Shown here one piece after another: positions 1 through 9,006 of a stretch of DNA of 64,000 nucleotides; positions within the stretch are counted from its first letter, which is position 1, and the number at the start of each line of letters is the position of its first letter. Source of the DNA: Candidatus Latescibacterota bacterium (GTDB lineage Bacteria > Latescibacterota > UBA2968 > UBA8231); NCBI GenBank assembly GCA_965221775.1, contig CBDCSU010000006.1, positions 1-64,000 on the forward strand. Reading direction: 5' to 3'. A program made the position numbers and the translations under genes. The notes below the pieces were generated by a model, which was not told where the DNA came from, made no database searches, and saw nothing but the letters and a program-made list of their open reading frames with translations.

Positions 1-1845
1 CCCTTCCTGGGGTGGAGCACCGCCTTCCTCGACTTCGACAACGACGGCTGGCTCGACCTGTTCGTCGCCAACGGCCACGTCTACCCGCAGCTGCGGGAGC
101 TGCCCTCCGGACTCCGTTACGCCCAGCGCAACCTCCTCTACCGCAACCTCGGCGGCCGCTTCGAGGAGGTCGGCGGCGAGGCCGGGGGGGACTGGCAGGC
201 CGAGGGCGTCAGCCGCGCCGCGGCGGTGGCCGACTACGACGACGACGGCGATCCGGACATCCTCTTCGTCAACCTCAACGACCGGCCGGCCCTGCTGCGC
301 AACGACGGCCGCGGCGGCAACGGCTGGATCGGACTGGAGCTGGCCGCCGGCCGCGGCGACCCCGAGGCGACCGGCGCCCGGGTGGAGCTGTGGTCGGCGG
401 GCCGCCGGCAACTGCGGGAGGTGCAGCGGGGCTACGGCTTCCAGTCCAGCCACGATCCCCGCCTGCTCTTCGGCCTGGGGCCGGAGTCCGCGGTGGACAG
501 CCTCGTCGTCTCCTGGCCCTCCGGGTCCCGCGAGAGGGTGGTCCCGGAGGCGGCGAACCGCTACTGGCGCCTGCGCCAAGGCGAGGGACGGCTGCAGCCG
601 GCGTACGCGGCCCCCGCCCCGGCCCCCGCGGCGCCGGCGGCCCTTCGCCGGACCATCGCTCCCTCGCCGCCGCCGGCCGCCTCCCCCGACCCGGGGGGAG
701 AGGACTGGAGCGCCGAGCGCTACCGCGAGACCGGGGAGGACCTCTACCGCCGGGGCCGCTACGCCGAGGCGAAGGCCGCCCTCGAACGGGCGATCGACCT
801 CGATCCGGAGGGGCTCGGCTCCTACGTCAACCTCGGGCTGGTGCTGGCTTCGGGACTCGGCGAGGAGGAGGACGCTCGAAGGGTGCTGGAGGAGGCCGTG
901 TCCCGGGACCCCGGGCACGCCGGCGCCAACCACGTCCTCGGCAAGCTCTACCTGAACCAGGGCCGGCTGCCCGAGGCCGTCGCCGCCCTGGAGGCGGCGC
1001 GGCGCCTCGCCCCGGGGTCGTGGGAATACGCCGACTGGCTGGGTATGGCCTATCTGCGGGCCGGCCGCCCGGACGACGCCGAGGCCGCCTTCCGCCAGGC
1101 CGCCCGGGCGGCGCCCTGGAGCCCGGCCCCCCGACTCCACCTGGCGCAGTTGTACGACCGCCGGGGCCGCCCCGGGGAGAGCGGCCGGGAGCGGCGGATC
1201 TTCGCCCGCCTGCGCCCCCTGCAGGACCGCGCCGAGCTCTACGAGGGCAAGGTCGGCGACTATCCGGACAGCCCCCATGCGCGCCAGCTCCTCGGGCTCC
1301 TCTACCTCGAGCAGGGGCGGGTCCCGGAGGCCCTTGAGCAATTCCGGGAGATCCTGAGTCTCGATCCCGGGTTCGCCGCCGCCCACCACGCCATCGGGCG
1401 GGTGCTGCAGGCCCGGGGCCGGCTGGCCCAGGCGGTCCGCTCCCTGGAGCGGGCCTGCGAGCTGGACCCGGAGCTGCTGGATGCGCACGTCGATCTCGGC
1501 ACCGCCTACCACCGGTCGGGCCGCTACGACCAGGCGGTGGAGGCCTACCGGCGCGCCCTCGCCCTCGACCCGGAGCGGCCCCTCGTCTACAGCAACCTCG
1601 GGATGGCCCACGCCATGGCCGGCCGCTTCGAGGCTGCGGCCGAGGCCTTCCGCCAGGGCCTGGAGAGGGCCCCGGACTCCGTCGACCTGCACGAGGCCCT
1701 CGGCCAGGTCTACGCCCGCCAGGGGCGCCTGGAGGAGGCGGTGGCCGAGTGGGAGGAGGTCCTGCGCCTGGACCCCGGGCACCAGCGGGCCGCCGCCGCC
1801 ATCCGCGAGGCCCGCCGCGCCGCTGCGGGCGCTCAGACCCAGTAG
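1..1845 (+). CDS. CRTAC1/ASPIC-UnbV (FG-GAP) protein with C-terminal TPR array; 5'-truncated by the window
   Basis: Frame 1 is open from base 1: PFLGWSTAFLDFDNDGWLDLFVANGHVYPQ, ADYDDDGDPD, ASPIC motif GYGFQSSHDPRLLFGLG, then many TPRs (e.g. AHVDLGTAYHRSGRYDQAVEAYRRALALDP). Confidence 0.9.
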   Translation, partial: PFLGWSTAFLDFDNDGWLDLFVANGHVYPQLRELPSGLRYAQRNLLYRNLGGRFEEVGGEAGGDWQAEGVSRAAAVADYDDDGDPDILFVNLNDRPALLRNDGRGGNGWIGLELAAGRGDPEATGARVELWSAGRRQLREVQRGYGFQSSHDPRLLFGLGPESAVDSLVVSWPSGSRERVVPEAANRYWRLRQGEGRLQPAYAAPAPAPAAPAALRRTIAPSPPPAASPDPGGEDWSAERYRETGEDLYRRGRYAEAKAALERAIDLDPEGLGSYVNLGLVLASGLGEEEDARRVLEEAVSRDPGHAGANHVLGKLYLNQGRLPEAVAALEAARRLAPGSWEYADWLGMAYLRAGRPDDAEAAFRQAARAAPWSPAPRLHLAQLYDRRGRPGESGRERRIFARLRPLQDRAELYEGKVGDYPDSPHARQLLGLLYLEQGRVPEALEQFREILSLDPGFAAAHHAIGRVLQARGRLAQAVRSLERACELDPELLDAHVDLGTAYHRSGRYDQAVEAYRRALALDPERPLVYSNLGMAHAMAGRFEAAAEAFRQGLERAPDSVDLHEALGQVYARQGRLEEAVAEWEEVLRLDPGHQRAAAAIREARRAAAGAQTQ

Positions 1846-3782
1846 ATGCTGTTGCCGCTCATGCCGGTGAAGTGGTCGATCACCAGCCACAGCCCGGCCA
1901 CCGTGAACTGCCCGGCGATGAGGCCGAGGAAGAAGGGGCGGGCGGCGCGGTAGAGGGTGGGGCCGCCGTACTTGAGGATCACCGCCTTCAGGAGCCAGGC
2001 GAGGAAGACGCTGAAGGAGATGTGGTTCGTCAGGTAGGTGCTGGCGCTGACGGCGTAGCCCAGCGGGTGCAGGGGCCACCAGAAGAAGTGCTGGCGCGCC
2101 AGCATGAGCGCCGCCATGACGGCGCTGCCGACGCCGGTCGAGATCCACCCCACCAGGTCCGGCCCGTCCGGGGTGGCCGCCTCGCGGGTGACGAAGTTGA
2201 ACGGCACCTGGGGGCCGCTGAGGAAGAACCAGGGCTCCAGGTTCACGCCTCCGTGGGTATAGCTCCAGTACATCACCGCCCAGATCGACGAGACCAGGCT
2301 CAGGCCGATGGCCAGGACCATCGCCCAGAACAGGCCGCGCCGCCGTCTCCCGAGGTGCTCCTGGGCGAGCTTGAGGCCGTTGGCGCAGGAGGCCATGACG
2401 AAGGTGCGGATGTCGGCGGCCCACACGTAGGTGAAGCCCATGGCGGTGAGCGTCTGGGCCCCGAGGACGGCGCTGCCGAAGCCGGAGGTGACGAAGTCGG
2501 AGGCGATGAGCGGCGCCCGGGTGGCGGCGACCCCGCCCTCGGCCACGACGCGGGTGATGCCGGCGAAGAGCAGGAACATGGCGAAGAGGTAGATCGGCAC
2601 CACCCACAGGGCCATGCCGGCGTGCCAGAGCCAGGCGCCGACGAAGAGGGCGCTGGCCAGCAGCCCCAGCACGGCGGTGCGGTAGGAGAGGATCTCGTCG
2701 CTGTCGTCGACCTGCGGGTCGCCGCGCAGGGCCTTGCGCACCACCCGGCGGATGTGGCTTCGAGCCGTCCACAGGCCGAGGAGGACGAGGACGATCATCG
2801 CTCCCATCCCCTGGTGGGCGAAGATCGGGAAGGAGGCGAAGTTGAGGCGCTCGGTGCTGGCCACGCCGAGGATGCCGAAGGTCCCCTCCTGGACGCGGCC
2901 CACGAGGTTGAAGAACCAGATGCTGAAGGCGATGTCGAGGTTCACCAGGTAGGCGAAGCCGACCATGGGGAAGCTCACGGCGATCTTCTGCTGCGTCGTG
3001 CCCCGGAACAGAGGCACCATCGTCTCGAGGACGATGTCGGGGAAGAAGTCGTAGTAGTTGTGCAGCGCCTTGACGCAGCCGATGACGAAGGGGATGGCGA
3101 AGCCGGCCCACATGACCGGGTTGCGGAAGAACGGGTTCAGGGCGCGCGGACGGGGCCCCTCCTCGATCATCGCGCTCGGCACCTGCACGAGGGGGAAGTT
3201 CAGGCGCTCGGTCTCGATCCACGGGCGCCGCAGGACGACGACGATGCAGATCATGGCCAGGTACACCGCCAGGATCAGCGGGATCCAGTGGGCCAGCGGC
3301 ACGACCCACGCCTCCCAGGGCACGGGGGCGCCCTCGGGCAGGCCCTCGTAGAAGTCCTTCGCCGCCCGCGGCTCCGGGACCAGGCCGTCGCGGATGAAGG
3401 GGTGGACGACGGTGGCCCAGTCGTTCTCCGGGGTGGCGTAGTAGACGGCTCCCGCCGTGATCGGCAGGAGGTACTCGGTGAGCCCCATGCTCGGGATGGC
3501 GCAGCCCACCATGGCCATCACGTAGACGACGACGAGTTCCTCCCGCCGCAGTCCGAGGCCCGGGTGCAGCAGCCGCAGGGCCGTCTGCACCCCGAGGACG
3601 AAGAGGAAGAACAGGAAGATCGCCCCGGCGGTGCTGAAGTCGAGGGCGAAGTTGGAGCCCCGGAGGATCATGTTGCTGTAGGGGGCGCCGACGCCGATGC
3701 ACACCGTCATCAGCGAGCCCACCAGCAGGGAGCGGGGGGTGATGCCGGACCCGCGGGTGGCGTGGGGTGTCGAGGTCGACAT
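1833..3782 (-). CDS. Polytopic membrane protein, DUF6785/DUF6784-like putative peptide transporter (649 aa)
   Basis: Many TM segments with family-like motifs ELVVVYVM, WIETERLNFPL and WWPLHPLGY. Start placed at ATG 3782 because the longer ORF overlaps the divergent gene. Confidence 0.75.
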   Translation of the reverse strand: MSTSTPHATRGSGITPRSLLVGSLMTVCIGVGAPYSNMILRGSNFALDFSTAGAIFLFFLFVLGVQTALRLLHPGLGLRREELVVVYVMAMVGCAIPSMGLTEYLLPITAGAVYYATPENDWATVVHPFIRDGLVPEPRAAKDFYEGLPEGAPVPWEAWVVPLAHWIPLILAVYLAMICIVVVLRRPWIETERLNFPLVQVPSAMIEEGPRPRALNPFFRNPVMWAGFAIPFVIGCVKALHNYYDFFPDIVLETMVPLFRGTTQQKIAVSFPMVGFAYLVNLDIAFSIWFFNLVGRVQEGTFGILGVASTERLNFASFPIFAHQGMGAMIVLVLLGLWTARSHIRRVVRKALRGDPQVDDSDEILSYRTAVLGLLASALFVGAWLWHAGMALWVVPIYLFAMFLLFAGITRVVAEGGVAATRAPLIASDFVTSGFGSAVLGAQTLTAMGFTYVWAADIRTFVMASCANGLKLAQEHLGRRRRGLFWAMVLAIGLSLVSSIWAVMYWSYTHGGVNLEPWFFLSGPQVPFNFVTREAATPDGPDLVGWISTGVGSAVMAALMLARQHFFWWPLHPLGYAVSASTYLTNHISFSVFLAWLLKAVILKYGGPTLYRAARPFFLGLIAGQFTVAGLWLVIDHFTGMSGNSIYWV

Positions 3783-3852
3783 AGGTTTCGGCCGGTATTC
3801 CGGAGTTGAGATAGTGGCGGCGCCACCGGGTGACAAGCGCGCGGAGGAGAGG

Positions 3853-5940
3853 ATGACCACAGAGACGGGTACCGGGCTGCGGACCATCCGGCAGTCGTGG
3901 GAGGCGGAGGCGCTGTACGCCGAGGCCGAGTCGGCGGCCGGGTTGTGGAAGGGCGGCGGGGAGGAGGAGATCCACCTCTTCCGCGGAGAGGTGGCGGAGA
4001 ACGACTCCCCCGGCTCGGGACGCTCCGACGAGCCGGGGATCGAGCCTTTCGTGGAGCTGTCGGGAGAGAGGGTCTACCGCAAGCGCCTCCACCTCGACGA
4101 TGCCGCGTGCCACGGGGCGCAGCTCGCCTTCATCGCCCTCGAGGCCGAGGACAACTCCACCACGCTGTGCTTTACCGTGAACGGCCGCGAGGTCCGGCGC
4201 CCCCCCTCCACGGAGGCGGCCCCCGAGGCAAGGCAGTACCAGGAGCTGAACTGGAGCCGCTGGTACTACGTGGACCTCCCCGCCGGCGCCCTGCGGCCGG
4301 GGGAGAACGAGATCACCGTCCGGTGCGACGGCGGCGGTCCCGGGTGGCAGCTCATGGTCGCCGACTACCGCGACTTCCACAAAGGCATGGAGGACCCCGT
4401 CGTCCTGCCCCACGCCACGGAACGCAGCGACGACGGCGGCCGCACCTGGACCGGGGAGCGGGGAGAGCTCGTGCTCCGGCTGGCCCTCGACCGCTACCGC
4501 CCCTCCGGCCGCCTGCGTTCACCGGTTGTCGACGCCACCGGCGAAGGCGGTTCGGTGCTCCGGAGCCTTCATCGCGTGGAGTCCGCCCGCCTCGCCTGGG
4601 ATGCCGACTCCCCGGAGCCGGCCGGCCTGGACCTGGTCTGCCGCAGCGGCGCCGGGCCCTGTCCCGACGCCGGCGGCTGGAGCGACTGGCAACCCTGCGA
4701 GGCCGGCCGCCCCGTGGCCGACCTGCGGGGCCGCTACCTGCAGTGGGAGGCGCGCTTCCACACCGCCGACCCCACGGTGACCCCGGCCCTGCGCCGGGTC
4801 GAGATGGAGGCGGAGGTCCTGCCCGGCCCGGAGCCGGCGCCGCGCGTGGCGCAGAGCCACAATCCCGCCATCCTGCGCTCCTCCTGGGAGATGCCCCACG
4901 AGAACCCCCGCTGCCGGCCGCTGGTCCAGCTGCGCCGGGAGTGCGAGCTGGATGCCGTCGTCGCTGGCGCCCAGACCGAGTTCGAGGCGATCCAGCGGCT
5001 GCACCGCTGGGCCTACCACATCCCCCTCGGGGACTGCCGCCACTTCCCCTGGGACGTGCTCTCCTGGATCGACGTCGAGCGCGGGCCGGACTGCCAGATC
5101 GTGATGAACGAGTACTCGCAGCGGCGGCGGGACCGGATGTGCCTCTACCCCAACGTGGTGCTGGTGGCCGCCCTGCAGAGCTTCGGCATCCCCGCCCGCC
5201 ACCTGAACTTCCACAGCGAGGGCATGACCGGCCACGAGATCGCCGAGGTCTGGTCCAACGACCACGGCAAGTGGATCCACCTCGACGCCACCCGCGACTA
5301 CTACTGGTATGACCGCAGGACCCTGGTGCCGCTGGACACGGAGGAGATCCACCGCGCCCTCGTGGACCGCCTCGACCGCGTCGAGCGCTGGGACCGCCCC
5401 TACCTCTACTACCAGGATCTCGACAAGCTGGTGGAGGACCTGCCCATCGCCTACTGGGACGGCGACTACGAGCACCCCTGCAACGCCGGCGACCACGGCG
5501 CCCTGTTCCTGTTCCGCAGCTTCTGCCACTTCCGCGTCGTGCCGCGCTTCGACGTCTTCAGCCGCCAGCGGCCCCTGCCGGTGAGCCAGGGGACCGAGGT
5601 CTGGTCCTGGGACGGCTACCTCAACTGGGCCGACGACGAGGTGCCGCCGTTGCCGCACTTCTCCCACCACACCAACCGCCGCGCCGACTTCTACCCCACC
5701 CTCAACCAGACCCGCCTGACCGTGGAGACCACCGCCGACCCCATGATGGCGCGGGTGCACCTGGAGACGCGGACGCCCGACTTCGCCGCCTTCGAGGCGC
5801 GTCTCGACCGGGGCCGCTGGCAGGAAACGGCAGCCCCCCTGGAGTGGCCGCTGCGCGCGGGGATGAACACCCTGGAGGCGCGCAGCCGCAATCGCTCCGG
5901 GTGGACCGGCGTGGTCAGCTCCGTGAGCCTGGTGGCATGA
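3853..5940 (+). CDS. Transglutaminase-like (Cys-His-Asp) domain protein with N-terminal beta-sandwich modules (695 aa)
   Basis: GGAGGAG RBS before ATG 3853. Motif MCLYPNVVLVAALQSFGIPAR...GHEIAEVW...KWIHLDAT. Asp-box SDDGGRTW. Confidence 0.8.
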   Translation: MTTETGTGLRTIRQSWEAEALYAEAESAAGLWKGGGEEEIHLFRGEVAENDSPGSGRSDEPGIEPFVELSGERVYRKRLHLDDAACHGAQLAFIALEAEDNSTTLCFTVNGREVRRPPSTEAAPEARQYQELNWSRWYYVDLPAGALRPGENEITVRCDGGGPGWQLMVADYRDFHKGMEDPVVLPHATERSDDGGRTWTGERGELVLRLALDRYRPSGRLRSPVVDATGEGGSVLRSLHRVESARLAWDADSPEPAGLDLVCRSGAGPCPDAGGWSDWQPCEAGRPVADLRGRYLQWEARFHTADPTVTPALRRVEMEAEVLPGPEPAPRVAQSHNPAILRSSWEMPHENPRCRPLVQLRRECELDAVVAGAQTEFEAIQRLHRWAYHIPLGDCRHFPWDVLSWIDVERGPDCQIVMNEYSQRRRDRMCLYPNVVLVAALQSFGIPARHLNFHSEGMTGHEIAEVWSNDHGKWIHLDATRDYYWYDRRTLVPLDTEEIHRALVDRLDRVERWDRPYLYYQDLDKLVEDLPIAYWDGDYEHPCNAGDHGALFLFRSFCHFRVVPRFDVFSRQRPLPVSQGTEVWSWDGYLNWADDEVPPLPHFSHHTNRRADFYPTLNQTRLTVETTADPMMARVHLETRTPDFAAFEARLDRGRWQETAAPLEWPLRAGMNTLEARSRNRSGWTGVVSSVSLVA

Positions 5941-6782
5941 CGGCGCCCCGCCGGCACAGGCCGGATCCGCCGATCGCGAGGGAGGCTCCGCGCCTCGCCG
6001 CGGCCGCCGCCCTGCTGGCCCTGGCCGCCCTGCCGCTGCGGGCCGGCGACGACCTTCCCGGCCGCGTGCTCCCGGCTCCGTCGGAGCTGCCCTCGTACAC
6101 GATCGAGCGCGTCTCCTCGGGGATCACCGTCGACGGCCGCGCCGACGAGGAGGACTGGCAGGCCGCGGCCCCCATCGAGCTGATCGTGCCCTGGCTCCAC
6201 GACGCGGCCGAGCCCGTGCAGGCCACCGAGGTGCGCATGCTCTGGAGCGCGACCGACCTGTTCATCGTATACAAGTGTGCAGACCCCTACATCGGCGCCG
6301 AGATCGTCGACCACGACGGGGCCACCTACCTAGAAGACACGGTGGAGATCTTCGCCACCCCCAACCCCGATCACGTGTTCAATTACTATGGCTACGAGAT
6401 GAACGTCCTCGAGACCCTGCTCGACTACATCACCTTCTGGCGGGACGGCCAGCGGCTCACCGGGGGAGCCGGGTGGCAGAGCGAGGGGGTGCGCATCGCC
6501 ACCACCATCGACGGCACCCTCAACGACCACTCCGACCGGGACACGGGCTGGGTCCTCGAGATCGCCATTCCCTTCGACAACTTCCGCCATCTCGGGGGCC
6601 GCATCCCGCCGCGGGACGGCGACCGCTGGCGCCTCAACCTGAACCGCTGCGCCGGCCGGACGGCGGGTCAGTACGCCATGTGGTCGGACTCGGGGACGCC
6701 GAAGCCCCAGTTCCACGTCCCCGAGCGGTTCGGAATCGCCGTGTTCTCCGGGCGCCCGGCCGGGTCCGCCGGCTCCCGCTGA
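5937..6782 (+). CDS. Secreted CBM9-like (carbohydrate-binding family 9/DOMON-like) protein
   Basis: ATGA overlap with the upstream stop. Signal peptide. Motifs ITVDGRADEEDW, TEVRMLWS, DTVEIF, WVLEIAIPF, WRLNLNR, FHVPERFG. Confidence 0.85.
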   Translation: MTAPRRHRPDPPIAREAPRLAAAAALLALAALPLRAGDDLPGRVLPAPSELPSYTIERVSSGITVDGRADEEDWQAAAPIELIVPWLHDAAEPVQATEVRMLWSATDLFIVYKCADPYIGAEIVDHDGATYLEDTVEIFATPNPDHVFNYYGYEMNVLETLLDYITFWRDGQRLTGGAGWQSEGVRIATTIDGTLNDHSDRDTGWVLEIAIPFDNFRHLGGRIPPRDGDRWRLNLNRCAGRTAGQYAMWSDSGTPKPQFHVPERFGIAVFSGRPAGSAGSR

Positions 6783-6797
6783 GGGCAGGAAAATCGC

Positions 6798-6826
6798 TTG
6801 ACTTCCACCGGCAGGTGACCTACCGT
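6798..6826 (+). promoter_or_regulatory. Putative sigma70 promoter
   Basis: TTGACT-17 bp-TACCGT in the intergenic region upstream of ATG 6945. Confidence 0.55.
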
Positions 6827-6944
6827 TCGGTCTGTTTTCCCCGGCCCGGCCCGACGCGGGCCCTGGCCACAGCCCGTAACTGACTGTTTTCGCGCGAGAT
6901 CGCTCACCATCATCCTTTCCATCCACTTCCGGAGAGACAGTCCC

Positions 6945-8837
6945 ATGCAACTCAGACGCATCGGCATCGCGGGTGCGGCAACGCTCCTGTTCCTCGCAGG
7001 GACCGCGAGTGCCCAGTTCCTCCACGCAGGCAACCCCGACGTCACGTCCCTTTCGGACATGACCAGCGGCGGCGCGCCCACCGTGCTCAAGATCGAAGGC
7101 CTGTCGGACTTCCCCGACTATGCCTTCGACGGCTCGGATCTCGAGGTCAACTTCACGCTGGAAGGCAGCGGGGCCACCGTCTGGCTCATCGTCTACACCT
7201 CCGGCCAGAACCCGCCCCTGACGATCGAGGGCGAGGGCGATGCTCCGTACAAGGATCCGGTGCGCAACCAGCCCGGCTGGCACGTGTACGAGGGCGTCGA
7301 CTACCTCGTGTACAAGTCCGTCGGCGAGCGCATGGACGAGGGCGACAACACGATCACCTGGAACGGCCGCGACAACGCCGGCAACGTAGTCGGGCCTGGT
7401 TCCTACACGCTGCACCTGGCCGCTTTCGACGACGAGGCCTTCCCCCACTTGGTGGCCGGCGCCGTCTTCCGCAAGCTGGGGGCCCCCGGGCGCCCGTACT
7501 GGGACCTCGGCCGGGAGCAGATCTTCGACTTCAACTTCGTCAACGACATGAACAACGACTGGGTCGAGAACTTCGAGGGCTACGACACGATGGACTTGGC
7601 GGCCGTCAGCGATGCCGGCGGCGCCAGGCCCCTTTCGGCGGTCTTCCTCAATGACGACTTCAGCGAGGCCATCGCCATCGGCCAGAGCAACTGGCTCGAG
7701 CGCCTGACCATCGACTGGGACGCCAACCGCGCCGCCACCGTCGAGGACTGGGGCGAGGACTTCGGCGGCGTCAACGGCGTCATCAACGTCGAGGACCTCG
7801 GCGGCAGCGCCGGCCAGCGGACGATCGCCAGCAACCCCGACAAGACCATCGCCTACCTCACCGCGGGCGTGTCGGGCACCGAGGCCCAGCTCGCCGCGTA
7901 CTCGATCGAGACGGGCGAGAAGGTCGACAGTTGGGACATGACCGACCTCTTCCTGTACGACAACAAGGGCGCCGACCGCGTGGGCGGGCCGATGGAGCTG
8001 GCCGCCTTCTACGACGGCAGCCCGGATCCGTGGGGGCTCACCATGACCTCCCACCACACCTCGGTGATCGCCCGCTTCGACTACGACGGCAACCTCAAGT
8101 GGGCCAACCGCAACGGTGACGGCTTCGGCGACACCCAGGCCTACAACAGCGCCGACGGCACCTTCGGCGACCTGATCTACGGCCACACCGAGGCCCCGAA
8201 CTTCAAGTACTCCCTGTTCTCGGCCCCCGACGGCTGGGTCTCGGTCTGCGAGAACGGCCGCGACAACACCAGCTTCGGCGCCATGCTCGGCTCGGACGGG
8301 TCGGGCCTGTTCAAGTTCGAGCCCAAGAACACGCCTCTCACCTGGTCCCAGTACGTCTGCATCATCGACGACGACACCGACTGGGACGGCCTGCACATGC
8401 AGATCGGCGGCTTCGGCGACGCCATCCCGTCCAACGACTGGGTCTCCGACGACATCACCATCTCGCCGCACCATCCCCTCGCCCACTATCCGTACGACCA
8501 GCAGAAGGTGAGTCTGGGGATGTCCACCGACGTGGCCGAGGTGGGAGGGACGGTGCCCGCCGGCTACTCGGTCAGCGACGCCTACCCCAACCCCTTCAAC
8601 CCGGAGACCACGGTCCGCTTCTCCCTGCCCTGGGAGGCGGATATCCGGGTTACGGTCTACAACGAGCAGGGTCAGAAGGTGGCCACCCTGGCCGACCAGC
8701 GCCTCGGCCCGGGCAACTTCGACATCACCTGGGACGGCACCGACGACAACGGGGCCGCCGTCGCTTCCGGTGTTTACCTCTACAAGATCGAGGCCCCCGA
8801 TCTGAGACTGAACAAGAAGGTCACCCTCCTGAAATAG
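6945..8837 (+). CDS. Acidic secreted protein with N-terminal FlgD-like Ig domain and C-terminal FlgD/T9SS type A-like sorting domain (630 aa)
   Basis: Signal peptide (ASA|Q). TITWNGRDNAGNVVGPGSY near the N-terminus. C-terminus YPNPFNPET...WDGTDDNG..VASGVYLYKI...KKVTLLK. Confidence 0.85.
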   Translation: MQLRRIGIAGAATLLFLAGTASAQFLHAGNPDVTSLSDMTSGGAPTVLKIEGLSDFPDYAFDGSDLEVNFTLEGSGATVWLIVYTSGQNPPLTIEGEGDAPYKDPVRNQPGWHVYEGVDYLVYKSVGERMDEGDNTITWNGRDNAGNVVGPGSYTLHLAAFDDEAFPHLVAGAVFRKLGAPGRPYWDLGREQIFDFNFVNDMNNDWVENFEGYDTMDLAAVSDAGGARPLSAVFLNDDFSEAIAIGQSNWLERLTIDWDANRAATVEDWGEDFGGVNGVINVEDLGGSAGQRTIASNPDKTIAYLTAGVSGTEAQLAAYSIETGEKVDSWDMTDLFLYDNKGADRVGGPMELAAFYDGSPDPWGLTMTSHHTSVIARFDYDGNLKWANRNGDGFGDTQAYNSADGTFGDLIYGHTEAPNFKYSLFSAPDGWVSVCENGRDNTSFGAMLGSDGSGLFKFEPKNTPLTWSQYVCIIDDDTDWDGLHMQIGGFGDAIPSNDWVSDDITISPHHPLAHYPYDQQKVSLGMSTDVAEVGGTVPAGYSVSDAYPNPFNPETTVRFSLPWEADIRVTVYNEQGQKVATLADQRLGPGNFDITWDGTDDNGAAVASGVYLYKIEAPDLRLNKKVTLLK

Positions 8838-8847
8838 GAGGGCCTCG

Positions 8848-8889
8848 GAGGTGCCGCCGGCCACGCGCCGGCGGCACCTCTTTTTTTTT
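8848..8889 (+). terminator. Rho-independent terminator
   Basis: 14 bp stem GAGGTGCCGCCGGC/GCCGGCGGCACCTC followed by T9, directly after the stop at 8837. Confidence 0.92.
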
Positions 8890-9006
8890 CTTCCCCTGGA
8901 CGACTGGCCGGCAGCGGCGAGTCGATACGCCCTGGATGGCGATGACCCGGTCGCAAGGGTCGATCCAGCGGCGGCGATCCACCCTCCTCCACGCGAGGTT
9001 CTCACC

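Noticed and set aside
8851-9006. Upstream extension of the 9007 gene through the terminator
   Set aside because: GTG 9007 has an RBS and gives a normal signal peptide, so the extension is unnecessary.
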